This document shows positions 12,372 through 26,331 of a stretch of DNA of 64,000 bases, piece by piece. Origin of the DNA: Amphiscolops sp. MND2022 (Eukaryota); assembly GCA_964187785.1 (NCBI GenBank), contig OZ076409.1, forward strand, positions 3,536,001 to 3,600,000, in the 5' to 3' direction. The notes under the pieces are model-generated. The model saw only the letters and a program-made list of their open reading frames with translations. It made no database searches and was not told the DNA's origin. Position 1 is the stretch's first letter. Each line of letters opens with the position of its first letter. A program made the translations under genes and the position numbers.

Positions 12372-14383
12372 CTGCTACCGCACTCCAGAGTGCGGGCAAC
12401 GCTAAATTTGGCATACGTCGTCGAAGGGCATGCCTCGGCATGCCCACAGACTATGGGCGTCGGAACGCTATGTGACGCGGCGTTGTAATAAGGACATACA
12501 TTGCGACGATGTTGGGGATGGCTGGGGATGATAACGGTCGAAAAGATAGAAGTTATACTTCCTAGTGGTTTCAATTATTCCAATTAGGTTTTTTATAATA
12601 TTTGTTTTTATTTTTTGTATACAAAAAAAAAAGAGAATTGTCTTCAAGTTCATACATTCTTATCAAACACTGAAAGCAATCGTTAGCTGACCTGATGGAA
12701 GGATCTAACGATAGGATCGAATTACGAAAATAGGCATCGACAGCAAAATCAAATTAACAAATGGTAATTTTGTTTATAGTTTTTTGTGGTGATAGCCTTC
12801 CCAAGTTGACACAAGGCCAACTTAAAAGGCTATCACAAGATTCAGTTTAAAGCTACATGTAAAATTTTCAAAAAAAGTGCAGTCTGGATTGTAGAAAGAG
12901 TACATGTGAGGACTGTGAACGGTATTTCCAATCATATTCGATCCATAAAGTTGCGTTAGAAGTATTTAAAGGGTATTTAGGCACAATCATCGCGTTTCTA
13001 TCTTGGCAAAATAGCGTATTTTTTATCTTCTGCTTTCTTTTCTGCCATAAATGTAACCCATGCGAAGGTATTATTTCGGAAAACAAAAAAAATGAGAGGT
13101 TCTGATCAACCACAGTGTTCATTCATATTCTAACCTTAGAATAAAGTAATTGAAAGCATTTTGCGAAGTTAGGTTTTTGAGATATTGGGCTAAAAATTTT
13201 GGAAAATACAGTACTATATGGGAAAAAAATGTCTCATACACCCCCTTGAGCAGGCCGATTACTTCAAAAACCTCATTATAGTGCTGAAACTCATCCTATG
13301 CACTCTGTGTACATAGTAATTGACAAAAATATGTAAACCTTTGGTGATCTCACATTTCACTGTGATCCCAGGCTTCCGAGATGTTTACTCCGATTTAGAG
13401 GTTTTGCTCTGAATAACGTCTTATCCCGACTCATATGTTATTGGAGCAACTGGTATCAGTCCCAATGGTGTTGTTGAGTATCATTAGCCCCACTGGTTAC
13501 GTCAGAGTAAAAAATTTTGCTTCAAGTGCTGAAATTCAAATTTCGACTTCACCAAAAATGGGTATTCGAGACGAAAATTTTCTAAGTTAAGTTCCGAATG
13601 ACTGAAAAATGACTGAAGACCTGGTGAAAATATTTTTTTAAAACTTTCTATTACTATAAATGGCTCATACGTTGCCAGTGGGACCGTTCTAAAACATTAA
13701 GGCTATAGCCGACAAGCCTCGATGAAAATATTGTGTTCAAAATGACCAATTTGTAAATTAAAACCAAGTTGAGAAATCCTTATGAAACACCTAAGACCTC
13801 GAAAAAAATTTTAAATTCACACTGGATGCAAACTGTTGGGTGTTTGGCAGCGAGTAGGTTCCGACAGAAACCATGGATACCAAGGTTTCCAATTTAAAGC
13901 AAATAAAAATTTTTTTCTGATGTGTTTTTGACATATGAGGTACTGATAGTAGTGAAAAAAATTTCAAAAGTCTCGAATTTTCGAAAAATGTAAAAACTTT
14001 ACATCTTTTGTGTTCAGTGCAATGCCACAGCCACGAAATGAAGGTTCCAAGCTTGTTTCACAGTCAAAGTCCAAAAATTAACACAATTTGAGATTTTTAG
14101 TGAAAAATTAGAAATTTCCCAAAAATGTTGAAATTTTGAACAAAAAATTGGCCATAACTTTTTATAAAGTTTATAGAACGCTTAGCGTCAGCAGGAACTT
14201 CGTCTTGCAATAGGATTTGAGGGCCGCATGCAAATTTTGAGCAAATTCTAATGGTTAGATTAAATTTTAGGTCTTTTTTTTGCAATTTCTGCTACATACC
14301 GCTAGCTTAAGGCGGATCGTCGGCCGCCAGGACCCTACCCGTCGGCCGAATACAAACGGGGTGAAATTTCCCCGCCCACCTAG
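12372..14383 (+). repeat. Unit 5, A-type subtype A3 (2012 bp)
   Basis: Similar to units at 26332 and 39852; hairpin at 12791. Confidence 0.9.
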
Positions 14384-16377
14384 CTGCTACCGCAATCGGG
14401 AGTAGATATGGAGGGTGTTTGGTATACGTCGTCGAAGGGCATGCCTCGGCATGCCCACGGACGGTGGGCGTTGATGTAAAGTATGTGGCGTTGACGTTAA
14501 TTAAACTAAAACGTGAGGTTTCAGCTTCCATAATGAGACCTAATAAAAATGTTGATCTTCTTTTTCATTGTTATTTAGTTTTAGTCAATACCATTTATTG
14601 TTTTATTCAATTTGGTGGCATTAGGACACATTTTTAATGGAAAAAATCAACTTTGAAAACAATTTGTTAACTAATATTTTTATAACGGAATTATCACGAC
14701 ATCGTTTTTGCCGTTGGCAAACTGTTGATGAAGCTCTAATTGGTACTAATGCAACATATACCTACCCAAAAACACTCTTGATTAACGATTTTAGAAGGAT
14801 AGCCCTTCCAAGTTGACACCAGGTCAACTTGAAAGGCTATCAAAATGTAACGGTTATGTTGACTGAAGCATTGGAGGTCCCTGAAACTAATGTGAAAAAT
14901 TTTTATTTCCGAAAAAAGTCCGTGTTAGTTGATATTATGACGATTCAACCCACAAAACTATGCCTAAAGACATTTTGAAACCAAAAAACCTATTCTGTGA
15001 CCAACGGTTTGGACTTCCGGTGCCATATACCGTTACCCCCCACAAGGTTTCATGACTATGTTCACTTCTGGAGGCCTTTAAAACACCTTCCAGGTACTTT
15101 TATCCATAAAATACCAAACATTTGTACCCAATAGACACAAAATTTGGCCATTTCCGGTCGTTAACGGTACCAGGGGGACTTTGGGGTCAACATAACGGTT
15201 ATTTCCGAATGCTCTCCTCACGACCTCCATTACATCATGTAGTGTCCAAGCACCTATTACCACTCCTTCCGCACCTAATTGCCCTTCAAAAAGTACAAAA
15301 ATCGCAACTTTACCCACATAACGGTCATTTCCGGTCCCAAGGGTTAACGGGGGGTGACTGAAACTATATCCCCCAACTCGTCTCATTGAGTACTACAATA
15401 AGTTACCTAACGTTCCCCGGCTGGGACCGACCCTTTGGGCTTAAAAAGTGACATTTCCGGTCACATAGCGGTTAGGCTGGGGGGCCAAGTCGGTAACGGT
15501 GATAGATAGCGGAAATCTGTTTGCCCCCCTGAAGGCACCATATCATGGGTATGAAACCTTGTAGTAGTGATGGACACGATTGCTCCACGCGTTCACGAGA
15601 TATTTACCCCTCAATGCCCATTTTACGGTTTTAGCAGTAAAAAAAGGAGGCGGAAGCGCCATTTCCCGCTAACGGGTTGGTCCAGGGTGTCCCAAACCAC
15701 ATGTTTCTGATAGGTCCTTGTCTAAACCTACTTTTGATATATGGCACCCGACGCGCTACTCCCACTCCTTCACACCGGAAATAGCGGTAAAACGTGGAGG
15801 GGGGCAATTTTCCCGCTCATATAACGGTCATTTCCTGTCCGGGGGGTAAACTGAGGTTGACAAACTACATGTCCCCCACTTCGTCTCAAGGCCGTCCCCA
15901 AAACATCACCTAACGACCCCGCGCTCAGACGACTCCTTCCGGGTCAAAAACCTGCTTTTCCGGAAAAATAACGTTTTGGGCGGGGGGGTACTTGGAGATA
16001 GCTTCAAGCTAGAAAATTTTGGTTTGGACCTCCGGAGCCCTTGCAACACGGTCAAGAAACTTTTAGCAGGGTCCCAAAGTTTTAAATCAACAGAAAAAAA
16101 GTTATGTGGCCCAATATAAATTTTACCCCTAAAATGACCCCCTAACGGTCGCCCGTGTGGCCAGAAAAAAATTTTCCGGGGTATGGAACCCGGTGGGGGG
16201 CGCTAATTTTCGGAAAATCTGGTGGGGGCCGCTCCAACTTTAAAATCCTATGGTTAGATCACGAGATCCCGAATCCTATCCAAATTTTCTTAACGAAAGC
16301 TGGCAGCACTGAACTCGGATTCAGGACCCTACCCGAATCCTCCAAAAATTTTGTTGGGGTTTCCCCCCCGCACCTAG
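14384..16377 (+). repeat. Unit 6, B-type (1994 bp)
   Basis: B body; hairpin at 14798. Confidence 0.9.
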
Positions 16378-18367
16378 CTGCTACCGCGGTAGTGACCGCG
16401 GGCTAACGCTATATTTGCCATACGTCGTCGAAGGGCATGCCTCGGCATGCCCACAGACTGTGGGCGTCGCTACACTATGTGGCGTTGTAATGAGGACACT
16501 GCGAGGTCGTAGGGGGTGGGTGGCGATGGTAACGGTAAATAAAGGTAAAGTTAAACTTCCTAAAGGTTACAAATATGTTTTATATCATTTATTCGTACTT
16601 TTTGTTAGCAAAAAAGAACTAGAATTGTCATGAAAATCATAGGTTCTTATCCAACACTGAATCCAAATGTTAGCTGACCTGATGGAAGGAACTCACGACA
16701 TGATCGAATCACGAAGTGAAGCATCGACAGCAATATCCTATAAACAAATGGTATTTTTGTTGACAGTTATTTGATGTGACAGCCTTCCCAAGTTGACACA
16801 AGGCCAACTTGAAAGGCTATCACAATGTTCAGTTAACAGGTACTTGAAAAAAATTCAAAACTTGTCCAGCCAGGATCGTAGAAAGAGCACATGTCAGCAT
16901 TGTGAATGGCATTTTCAATCATTTTGGGTCCGTAAGGTTGCGTTAGAAGTATTTAAAGAGATTTTAGGCGCAACCATTGCGATTCTATCTCAGCAAAATC
17001 GCGTATTTTTTAGTTTCAGTTTTTTTTCCTGCTACAAATGTAACACATTTGAAAGGAGTTATTTCGGAAAACGAAAGAGATGAAAGTTTCTGATCAACCA
17101 CAGTGTTCATCTATATTGTAACCTTTGAATAAAGTAATTGAAAGTATTTTGTCAAGTTAGTTTTTCCAGATAATGGGCTAAAAGTTTTTGAAAAGACAGT
17201 TGTATATAGGAAAGTAATGACTCATACCACCCCTTGAGCAACCCGATGCCTTCAAAAACCTCATTATAGTGTTGGAACTCACCCTACCCACTCTATGCAC
17301 ATAGTGATTGACGAAAATGAGTAATTTTTTGATGAAATTACATTTCACTGTGATCCCAGGCTTGCGAGATGTTTACCTCAATTGAGACGTATTGCTCAAA
17401 ATAACGTCTTATCGCGGCTCATATGATATAGGAGCCATTGGTACCAGTCCCAATCGTATTTTTGAGTATCATGGACCCCACTGGTTACGTCAGAGTAAAA
17501 AATTTTGCTTTAATAGCTGAATTTCAATTTTCGACCTGACAAAAAATGGGTATTTGGTTCGAAAATTTTCTAAGTTAAGTTCCGAATGTCTGAAAAATGA
17601 CTGAAGACCGGGTGAAACAATTTTTTTAATACTTTTTATTACTACAAATGGTTCCTACGTTGCCAGTAGGACCGTTCGTGAGCATTCAGACTATATCCGA
17701 CATGCCTGGACCAAAATTTTATGTTTAAAATGACCACTATGTAATTTAATACTAAATCATGAAAACCTTGTGAAACGCTTATGACCTCGAAAAAATTTTT
17801 TATTTCACATTGGATGCAAACTGTTGGGTGTTTGGCTGCGAGTAGGTTCCGACAGAAACCATGGATACCAAGGTTTCCAATTTAAAGCAAATAAAAATTT
17901 TTTTCTGAGGTGTTTTTGACATATGGGGTACTGATAGTATTGAAAAAAAATTCAAAAATGTCGAATTTTCAAAAAATGTGAAAACTTTACAGCTTTTGTG
18001 TTCAGTGCAATGCCACAGCCACGAAATGAAGGTTCCAAGCTTGTTTCACAGTCAAAGTCCAAAAATTACCACATTTTGAGATATCAGCGACTTTGTTAAA
18101 ATTTTCCTCATTTTGCCCTTCTAGGTGACTGACAAATTGGCCATAACTTTTTATAAAGTGTTTCAATCGCAAAACGTCAGCAGGAACTTCGATTCGTATG
18201 GCCATTTCATGGCCGCATGCAATCTAAACCCAAATTCTAACGGTTAAATAAAAAAATAGCTCGTTTGACCGGCCGTTTTCTACTAGGAGGATTTTGATTT
18301 TGGACGGCCGGCAGGACCCAACCCGCCGGCCGAATTTTTAGTTGGGGAATTACCCCCGCCCACCTAG
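16378..18367 (+). repeat. Unit 7, A-type (1990 bp)
   Basis: A body; hairpin at ~16778. Confidence 0.9.
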
Positions 18368-20342
18368 CTGCTACCGCGGTAGTGACCTCGCAGGGGCGAA
18401 TTTGCCATACGTCGTCGAAGGGCATGCCTCGGCATGCCCACAGACGGTGGGCGTCGGAACGCTATGTGGCGTTGTACTACTAACACTGCGAGGCCGCAAG
18501 CGATTGGTGTGGCTGATAACGGTAACGAATGTGAAAGTTAGAGTTTTTTGAGTTGGTAATAAAATAAAATTCTACTTTTAGAAAAAAAAACGATAAAAAA
18601 AATGTTTTTGTTTTCATAGGTTTTTATCGAAGACTGAATGCTATCATTAGCTGACATCATGGAAGGTACCAACGTTGGACAGAATCACAAAAATAACTAT
18701 CGAAAGCTATACCCTGTAAACAAAACGTACTTTTGTTTATAGTTTTTTGATGTGATAGCCTTCACAAGTTGACACAAGGCCAACTTAAAAGGCTATCACA
18801 AGATACAGTTAACAGCTACATGTGAACTAAGCAAAAAATGAGCAGCCTAGATCGCAGAAAGAGCACATGTGATGCTTGTGAACAGTATTTTCAATCATCT
18901 TGGGTCCGTAAGGTGGCGTTAGAAGTATTTAAAGATATATTGGTTACAATACTTGTAATTCTATCTTAGCAAAATAGCGTATTTTTTAGCTTCAGCTTTT
19001 TTTAATGCTACAAATGGGACACATGCGAAGGAATTTTTATTGAAAAACATAAGAGTTGAGAGTTTCTGATCAACCACAATGTTCAATTATATTCTAAGAA
19101 GTGAATTAAGTATCGGAAAGTATTTTTTAGGTTTGCTTTGTGAGATATTGGGCGAAAAGTTATTCAAAAAAGCAGTAGTATATGAGACAAAAGTGTCGCA
19201 TACCACGCCTTGAGCAACCCGATTCCTTCAAAATCCTCATAGTAGTGCTGAAACTCACCGTACGCATTCTGTGTACATAGTGATTGACAAAAAAGAATAA
19301 ATTTTTGTTCAAATCAACATTCACTGTGATTCAAGGGTTCCGAGATGTTTACTTCATATGAAGTTTTGTTAAAAATAACGTCTTATCGCGGCTCATATGT
19401 TATTGGAGCCACTGATACCAGTCTCAATGGTGTTGTTGAGTATCATTGGCCCCACTGGTTACGTCAGAGTGCATATTTGTGCTTCAAAAGCTGAATTTCA
19501 AATTTCGACCTGACGAAAAATGGGTTTTTGAGACGAAATTTTTCTAAGTTAAGTTCCGAATGACTGAAAAATGACTGAAGACCGGGTGAAAATATTTTTT
19601 TAAAACTTTCTATTACTATAAATGGTTCCTACGTTGCCAGTGGGACCGTTCTAGAACATTAAGGCTATAGCCGACAAGCCTCGATGAAAATCTTGTGTTC
19701 AAAATGACCATTTTGTAAATTAATACTAAGTTGAGAAATCCTTGTGAAACGCTTATGACCCAGATAAAATTTTTATTTTAACATTGGATGCAAACTGTTG
19801 GGTGTTTGGCTGCGAGTAGGTTCCGACAGAAACCATGGATACCAAGGTTTCCAAGTTAAAGCAAATAAAAATTTTTTTCTGAGGTGTTTTTGACATATAT
19901 GGTACTGATAGTAGTGAAAAAAATTTCAAAAATGTCAAATTTTCAAAAAATGTAAAAACTTTACATCTTTTGTGTTCAGTGCAATGCCACAGCCACGAAA
20001 TGAAAGTTCCAAGCTTGTTTCACAGTCAATGTCCAAAAATTATTGCATTTTGAGATATTTGCCCTTTTATGAAAAATTTCATCATTTTTACATCTAATGG
20101 GGACCAAAAATTGGCCATAACTTTTTTTATAATGTTTTTAGGGCTTAACGTCAGCAGGAACTTCGTCTTGTATGGGCAAATTAGGGCCGCATGCAAAAAA
20201 TGAGAAGAATCGTACGGTTAGATTTTAAAATCGGCTGTTGAGGGTGTGCTTTTTCTTATAAGCGATAGCTGTTTTGGGAGTTCGCGGCAGGACCCTACCC
20301 GCCGCTCTAGTTTTTTTTGGGGTGAAATCCCCGCCCACCTAG
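18368..20342 (+). repeat. Unit 8, A-type (1975 bp)
   Basis: A body; hairpin at ~18754. Confidence 0.9.
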
Positions 20343-22354
20343 CTGCTACCGCACTCCAGAGTGCGGGCAACGCTAAATTTGCCATACGTCGTCGAAGGGC
20401 ATGCCTCGGCATGCCCACAGACGGTGGGCGTTGATGTTGGTATATGGCGTTGTTGTTGAAATCACGGGGTCATGACATAGGCTGACATGACATCATGGGT
20501 GACGGAAGACTGATAACGGAAGAGAAAACAAATGTGATAGTATTCAAAGGTTAGAAGTTGTTATTTATTATTTAGAAATAAAATTATTTACCAAATAATA
20601 AACAAAAATGTCTTCGAGTTCATAGGTATTTTTTCAAACTCTGCATGCTATCGTCGGCTGACATGATGGAAGATACAAATGGTAGTATACAATCACGAAA
20701 ATAGGCATCGACAGCGAAATCCGATTAACAAATGGTAGTTTTGTTTCTAGTTTTTGGTGGTGATAGCCTTCCCAAGTTGACACAAGGTCAACTTAAAAGG
20801 CTATCACAAGATTCAGTTTAAAGCTACATGTAAAATTTTCAAAAAATGTGCAGTCTGGATTGTAGAAAGAGTACATGTGAGGACTGTGAACGGTATTTCC
20901 AATCATATTGGGTCCATAAGGTTGCGTTAGAAGTATTTAAAGGGTATTTAGGCACAATCGTCGCGTTTCTATCTTAGCAAAATAGCGTATTTTTTATCTT
21001 CTGCTTTCTCTTCTGCCATAAATGTAACCCATGCGAAGGTATTTTTTCGGAAAACAAAAAAATTGAGAGGTTCTGATCAACCACAGTGTTCATTCATATT
21101 CTAACCTTAGAATAAAGTAGTTGAAAGCATTTTGCGAAGTTAGGTTTTTGAGATAATGGGCTAAAAATTTTGGAAAATATAGTACTATATGGGAAAAAAA
21201 TGTCTCATACACACCCTTGAGCAGGCCGATTACATCAAAAACCTCAATATAGTGCTGAAACTCATCCTACGCACTCTGTGCACATAGTGATTGACAAAAA
21301 TGAGTAAATTTTTGATGAAATCACATTTCACAGTGATCGCTGGCTTGCGAGATCTTTACCTCAATTGAGACGTATTGCTCAAAATAACGTCTTATCGCGA
21401 CTCATATGTTATTGGAGCCATTGATACCAGTGTCAATCGTTGTTTTGAGTATCATAGGCCCCATGGGTTACGTCAGAGTTAATAATTTTGCTTAAAAATC
21501 TTAATTTCATTTTTCGACCTGACAAAAAATGGGTATTTTGGTCGAAATTTTTCTAAGTTAAGTTCCGAATGACTGAAAAATGACTGAAGACCAGGTGAAA
21601 ATATTTTTTTAAAACTTTCTATTGCTATAAATGGTTCCTACGTTGCCAGTAGGACCGTTCTAGAACATTAAGGCTATAGCCGACAAGCCTCGATGAAAAT
21701 ATTGTGTTCAAAATGACCAACTTGTAAATTAAAACTAAGTTGTAAAATCCATGTGAAACGCTTATGACCCAAAAAAAAAATTTATTTTCACATTGGATGC
21801 AAACTGTTGGGTGTTTGGCTGCGAGTAGGTTCCGACAGTAACCATGGATACCAAGGTTTCCAATTTAAAGCAAATAAAAATTTTTTTCTGATGTGTTTTT
21901 GACATATGGGGTACTGATAGTAGTGAAAAAAATTTCAAAAATCTCGAATTTTCAAAAAATGTAAAAACTTTACATCTTTTGTGTTCAGTGCAATGCCACA
22001 GCCACGAAATGAAGGTTCCAAGCTTGTTTCACAGTCAAAGTCCAAAAATTATTACATTTTGAGATATTAAGTGAAAAATTAGAATTTTCCCAGAAATGTT
22101 GAAATTTTGAACAAAAAATTGGCCATAACTTTTTATAAAGTTTATAGAACGCTTAGCGTCAGCAGGAACTTCGTCTTGCATTAGAATTTGAGGGCCGCAT
22201 GCAAATTTTGAGCAAATTCTAATGGTTAGATTAAATTTTAGGTCTTTTTTTTGCAATTTCTGCTACATACCGCTAGCTTAAGGCGGATCGTCGGCCGCCA
22301 GGACCCTACCCGTCGGCCGAATACAAACGGGGTGAAATTTCCCCGCCCACCTAG
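20343..22354 (+). repeat. Unit 9, A2 (2012 bp)
   Basis: A2 body with the head segment of unit 5. Confidence 0.9.
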
Positions 22355-24325
22355 CCCGGGATGTACGGGCGTCGTTAGGTATGTATTTGGTATATGTCGT
22401 CGAAGGGCATGCCTCGGCATGCCCACAGACGGTGGGCGTTGATGTAAAGTGTGTGGCGTTGACGTTAATTAAACTATGTTATGAAGTTTTAGCTTGAATA
22501 ATGAAACGTAATAATCAATTTGAACTTTTATTACCTGTTATATACAATTCAATCAATACCATTTTTTTGGTAAAGAGGTTTTCTGGCTTTTAGGACACAT
22601 TTGAAATGTAAAAAATCAACTTTATCAACATTTTGTTAACCATCATTCTAATAACGGAATCATCACGACATAGTTTTTGTCGTTGGCAAACTTTTCTTGG
22701 AGCTTTATTTGATTCTAAAATGATAAAAACATACCCAAAAACACACTTGATTAACGATTTTTGAAGGATAGCCCTTCCAAGTTGACACCAGGCCAACTTG
22801 GAAGGCTATCATAAGGTAACGGTTATGTTGGTTGAGGTTTCGGAGTCTCTGAAACTATATGGAAAAACTATAATTTTTAAAAATAGTCCATAATAGTCGA
22901 CAAAAGTACGCCGAAAGACATTTTAAAACCAAAAAACCTATCCTGTCTCCAACGGTTCGGATTTCCGGTGCTATATACTGTTACCCCCCACAAGGTTTCA
23001 TGACTATGTTCACTACTGCAAACCGTCGAAACACCTAATAGATACTTTTATTTACAAAATACCAAACATTTGTACCCAATAGACACAAAATTTGACCATT
23101 TCCGGTCGTTTACGGTACCAGGGGGACTTTAGGGTCAACATAACGGTTATTTCCGAATGCTCGCCTCACGTCCTCCCTTACCTCATATAGTGTCCAAGCA
23201 CCTATTACCACTCCTTCCGCACCTAAATACACTTGAAAAAGTATAAAAATTGCAATTTTACCCACATAACGGTCATTTCCGGTCCCAAGGGGTAACGGGG
23301 GGTGACTGAAACTATATCCCCCAACTCGTCTCATTGAGTACTACAATAAGTTACCTAACGTTCCCCGGCTGGGACCGACCCTTTGGGCTCAAAAAGTGAC
23401 ATTTCCGGTCACATAGCGGTTAGGCTGGGGGGCCAAGTCGGTAACGGTGATAGATAGCGGAAATCTGTTTGCCCCCCTGAAGGCACCATATCATGGGTAT
23501 GAAACCTTGTAGTAGTGATGGACACGATTGCTCCACGCGTTCACGAGATATTTACCCCTCAATGCCCATTTTACGGTTTTAGCAGTAAAAAAAGGAGGCG
23601 GAAGCCCCATTTCCCGCTAACGGGTTGGACCAGGGGGTCCCAAACTACATGTTTGCGATAGGTCCTTGTCTAAACCTACTTTTGTTAAATAACACCCGAC
23701 GCGCTACTCCCACTCCTTCACACCGGAAATAGCGGTAAAACGTGGAGGGGGGCATTTTTCCCGCTCATATAACGGTCATTTCCTGTCCGAGGGGTAAACT
23801 GGGGTCGGCAAACTATATATCCCCCACTTCGTCTCAAGGCCGTCCCCAATACATCACCTAACGACCCCGCGCTCAGACGACTCCTTCCGGGTCAAAAACC
23901 TGCGTTTCCGGAAAAATAACGTTTTGGGCGGGGGGGTACTTGGAGATAGCTTCAAGCTAGAAAAATTTGGTTTGGACCTCCGGAGCCCTTGCAACACGGT
24001 CAAGAAACTTTTAGCAGGGTCCCAAAGTTTTAAATCAACAGAAAAAAAGTTATGTGGCCCAATATGAATTTTACCCCTAAAATGACCCCCTAACGGTCGC
24101 CCGTGTGGCCAGAAAAAAATTTTCCGGGGTATGGAACCCGGTGGGGGGCGCTAATTTTCGGAAAATCTGGTGGGGGCCGCTCCAACTTTAAAATCCTATG
24201 GTTAGATCACGAGATCCCGAATCCTATCCAAATTTTCTTAACGAAAGCTGGCAGCACTGAACTCGGATTCAGGACCCTACCCGAATCCTCCAAAAATTTT
24301 GTTGGGGTTTCCCCCCCGCACCTAG
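22355..24325 (+). repeat. Unit 10, B-type (1971 bp)
   Basis: Close copy of unit 2, including the CCCGGGATGTACGGG head. Confidence 0.9.
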
Positions 24326-26331
24326 CCGCTACCGCACTTGAGAGTGCGGGAAAGGCTCATTTGGCATACGTCGTCGAAGGGCATGCCTCGGCATGCCCAC
24401 GGACGGTGGGCGTTGATGTTGGTATGTGGCGTTGTTATACAAATCACAGGGACATGACATAGGCTCAGATCATGGGTGACGGAAGACTGATAACGGAAGA
24501 GAAAACAAATGTGATAGTATTCAAAGGTTAGAAGTTGTTATTTATTATTTAGAAATAAAATTATTTACCAAATAATAAACAAAAATGTCTTCGAGTTCAT
24601 AGGTATTTTTTCAAACTCTGCATGCTATCGTCAGCTGACATGATGGAAGATACTAACGGTAGTATACAATCACGAAAATAGGCATCGACAGCAAAATCCG
24701 ATTAACAAATGGTAGTTTTGTTTATAGTTTTTGGTGGTGATAGCCTTCCCAAGTTGACACAAGGTCAACTTAAAAGGCTATCACAAGATTCAGTTTAAAG
24801 CTACATGTAAAAATTTCAAAAAATGTGCAGTCTGTATTGTAGAAAGAATACATGTGAGGACTGTGAACGGTATTTCCAATCATATTGGGTCCATAAGGTT
24901 GCGTTAGAAGTATTTAAAGGGTATTTAGGCACAATCATCGCGTTTCTATCTTAGCAAAATAGCGTATTTTTTATCTTCTGCTTTCTCTTCTGCCATAAAT
25001 GTAACCCATGCGAAGGTATTTTTTCGGAAAACAAAAAAAATTGAGAGGTTCTGATCAACCACAGTGTTCATTCATATTCTAACCTTAGAATAAAGTAGTT
25101 GAAAGCATTTTGCGAAGTTAGGTTTTTGAGATAATGGGCTAAAAATTTTGGAAAATATAGTACTATATGGGAAAAAATGTCTCATACACACCCTTGAGCA
25201 GGCCGATTACATCAAAAACCTCATTATAGTGCTGAAACTCATCCTACGCACTCTGTGCACATAGTGATTGACAAAAATGAGTAAATTTTTGATGAAATCA
25301 CATTTCACAGTGATCGCTGGCTTGCGAGATCTTTACCTCAATTGAGACGTATTGCTCAAAATAACGTCTTATCGCGACTCATATGTTATTGGAGCCATTG
25401 ATACCAGTGTCAATCGTTGTTTTGAGTATCATAGGCCCCATGGGTTACGTCAGAGTTAATAATTTTGCTTAAAAATCCTAATTTCATTTTTCGACCTGAC
25501 AAAAAATGGGTATTTTGGTCGAAATTTTTCTAAGTTAAGTTCCGAATGACAGAAAAATGACTGAAGACCAGGTGAAAATATTTTTTTAAAACTTTCTATT
25601 GCTTTAAATGGTTCCTCCGTTGCCAGTAGGACCGTTCTAGAACATTAAGGCTATAGCCGACAAGCCTCGATGAAAATATTGTGTTCAAAATGACCAACTT
25701 GTAAATTAAAACTAAGTTGTAAAATCCATGTGAAACGCTTATGACCCAAAAAAAATTTTTATTTTCACATTGGATGCAAACTGTTGGGTGTTTGGCTGCG
25801 AATAGGTTCCGACAGTAACCATGGATACCAAGGTTTCCAATATAAAGCAAATAAAAATTTTTTTCTGATGTGTTTTTGACATATGGGGTACTGATAGTAG
25901 TGAAAAAAAATTCAAAAATCTCGAATTTTCGAAAAATGTAAAAACTTTACATCTTTTGTGTTCAGTGCAATGCCACAGCCACGAAATGAAGGTTCCAAGC
26001 TTGTTTCACAGTCAAAGTCCAAAAATTAACACATTTCGAGATATTAAGTGAAAAATTAGAAATTTCCCAAAATTATTGAAATTTTGAACAAAAAATTGGC
26101 CATAACTTTTTATAAAATTTATAGAACGCTTAGCGTCAGCAGGAACTTCGTCTCGCAATAGGATTTGAGGGCCGCATGCAAATTTTGAGCAAATTCTAAT
26201 GGTTAGATTAAATTTTAGGTCTTTTTTTTGCAATTTCTGCTACATACCGCTAGCTTAAGGCGGATCGTCGGCCGCCAGGACCCTACCCGTCGGCCGAATA
26301 CAAACGGGGTGAAATTTCCCCGCCCACCTAG
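24326..26331 (+). repeat. Unit 11, A2 (2006 bp)
   Basis: Close copy of unit 3. Confidence 0.9.
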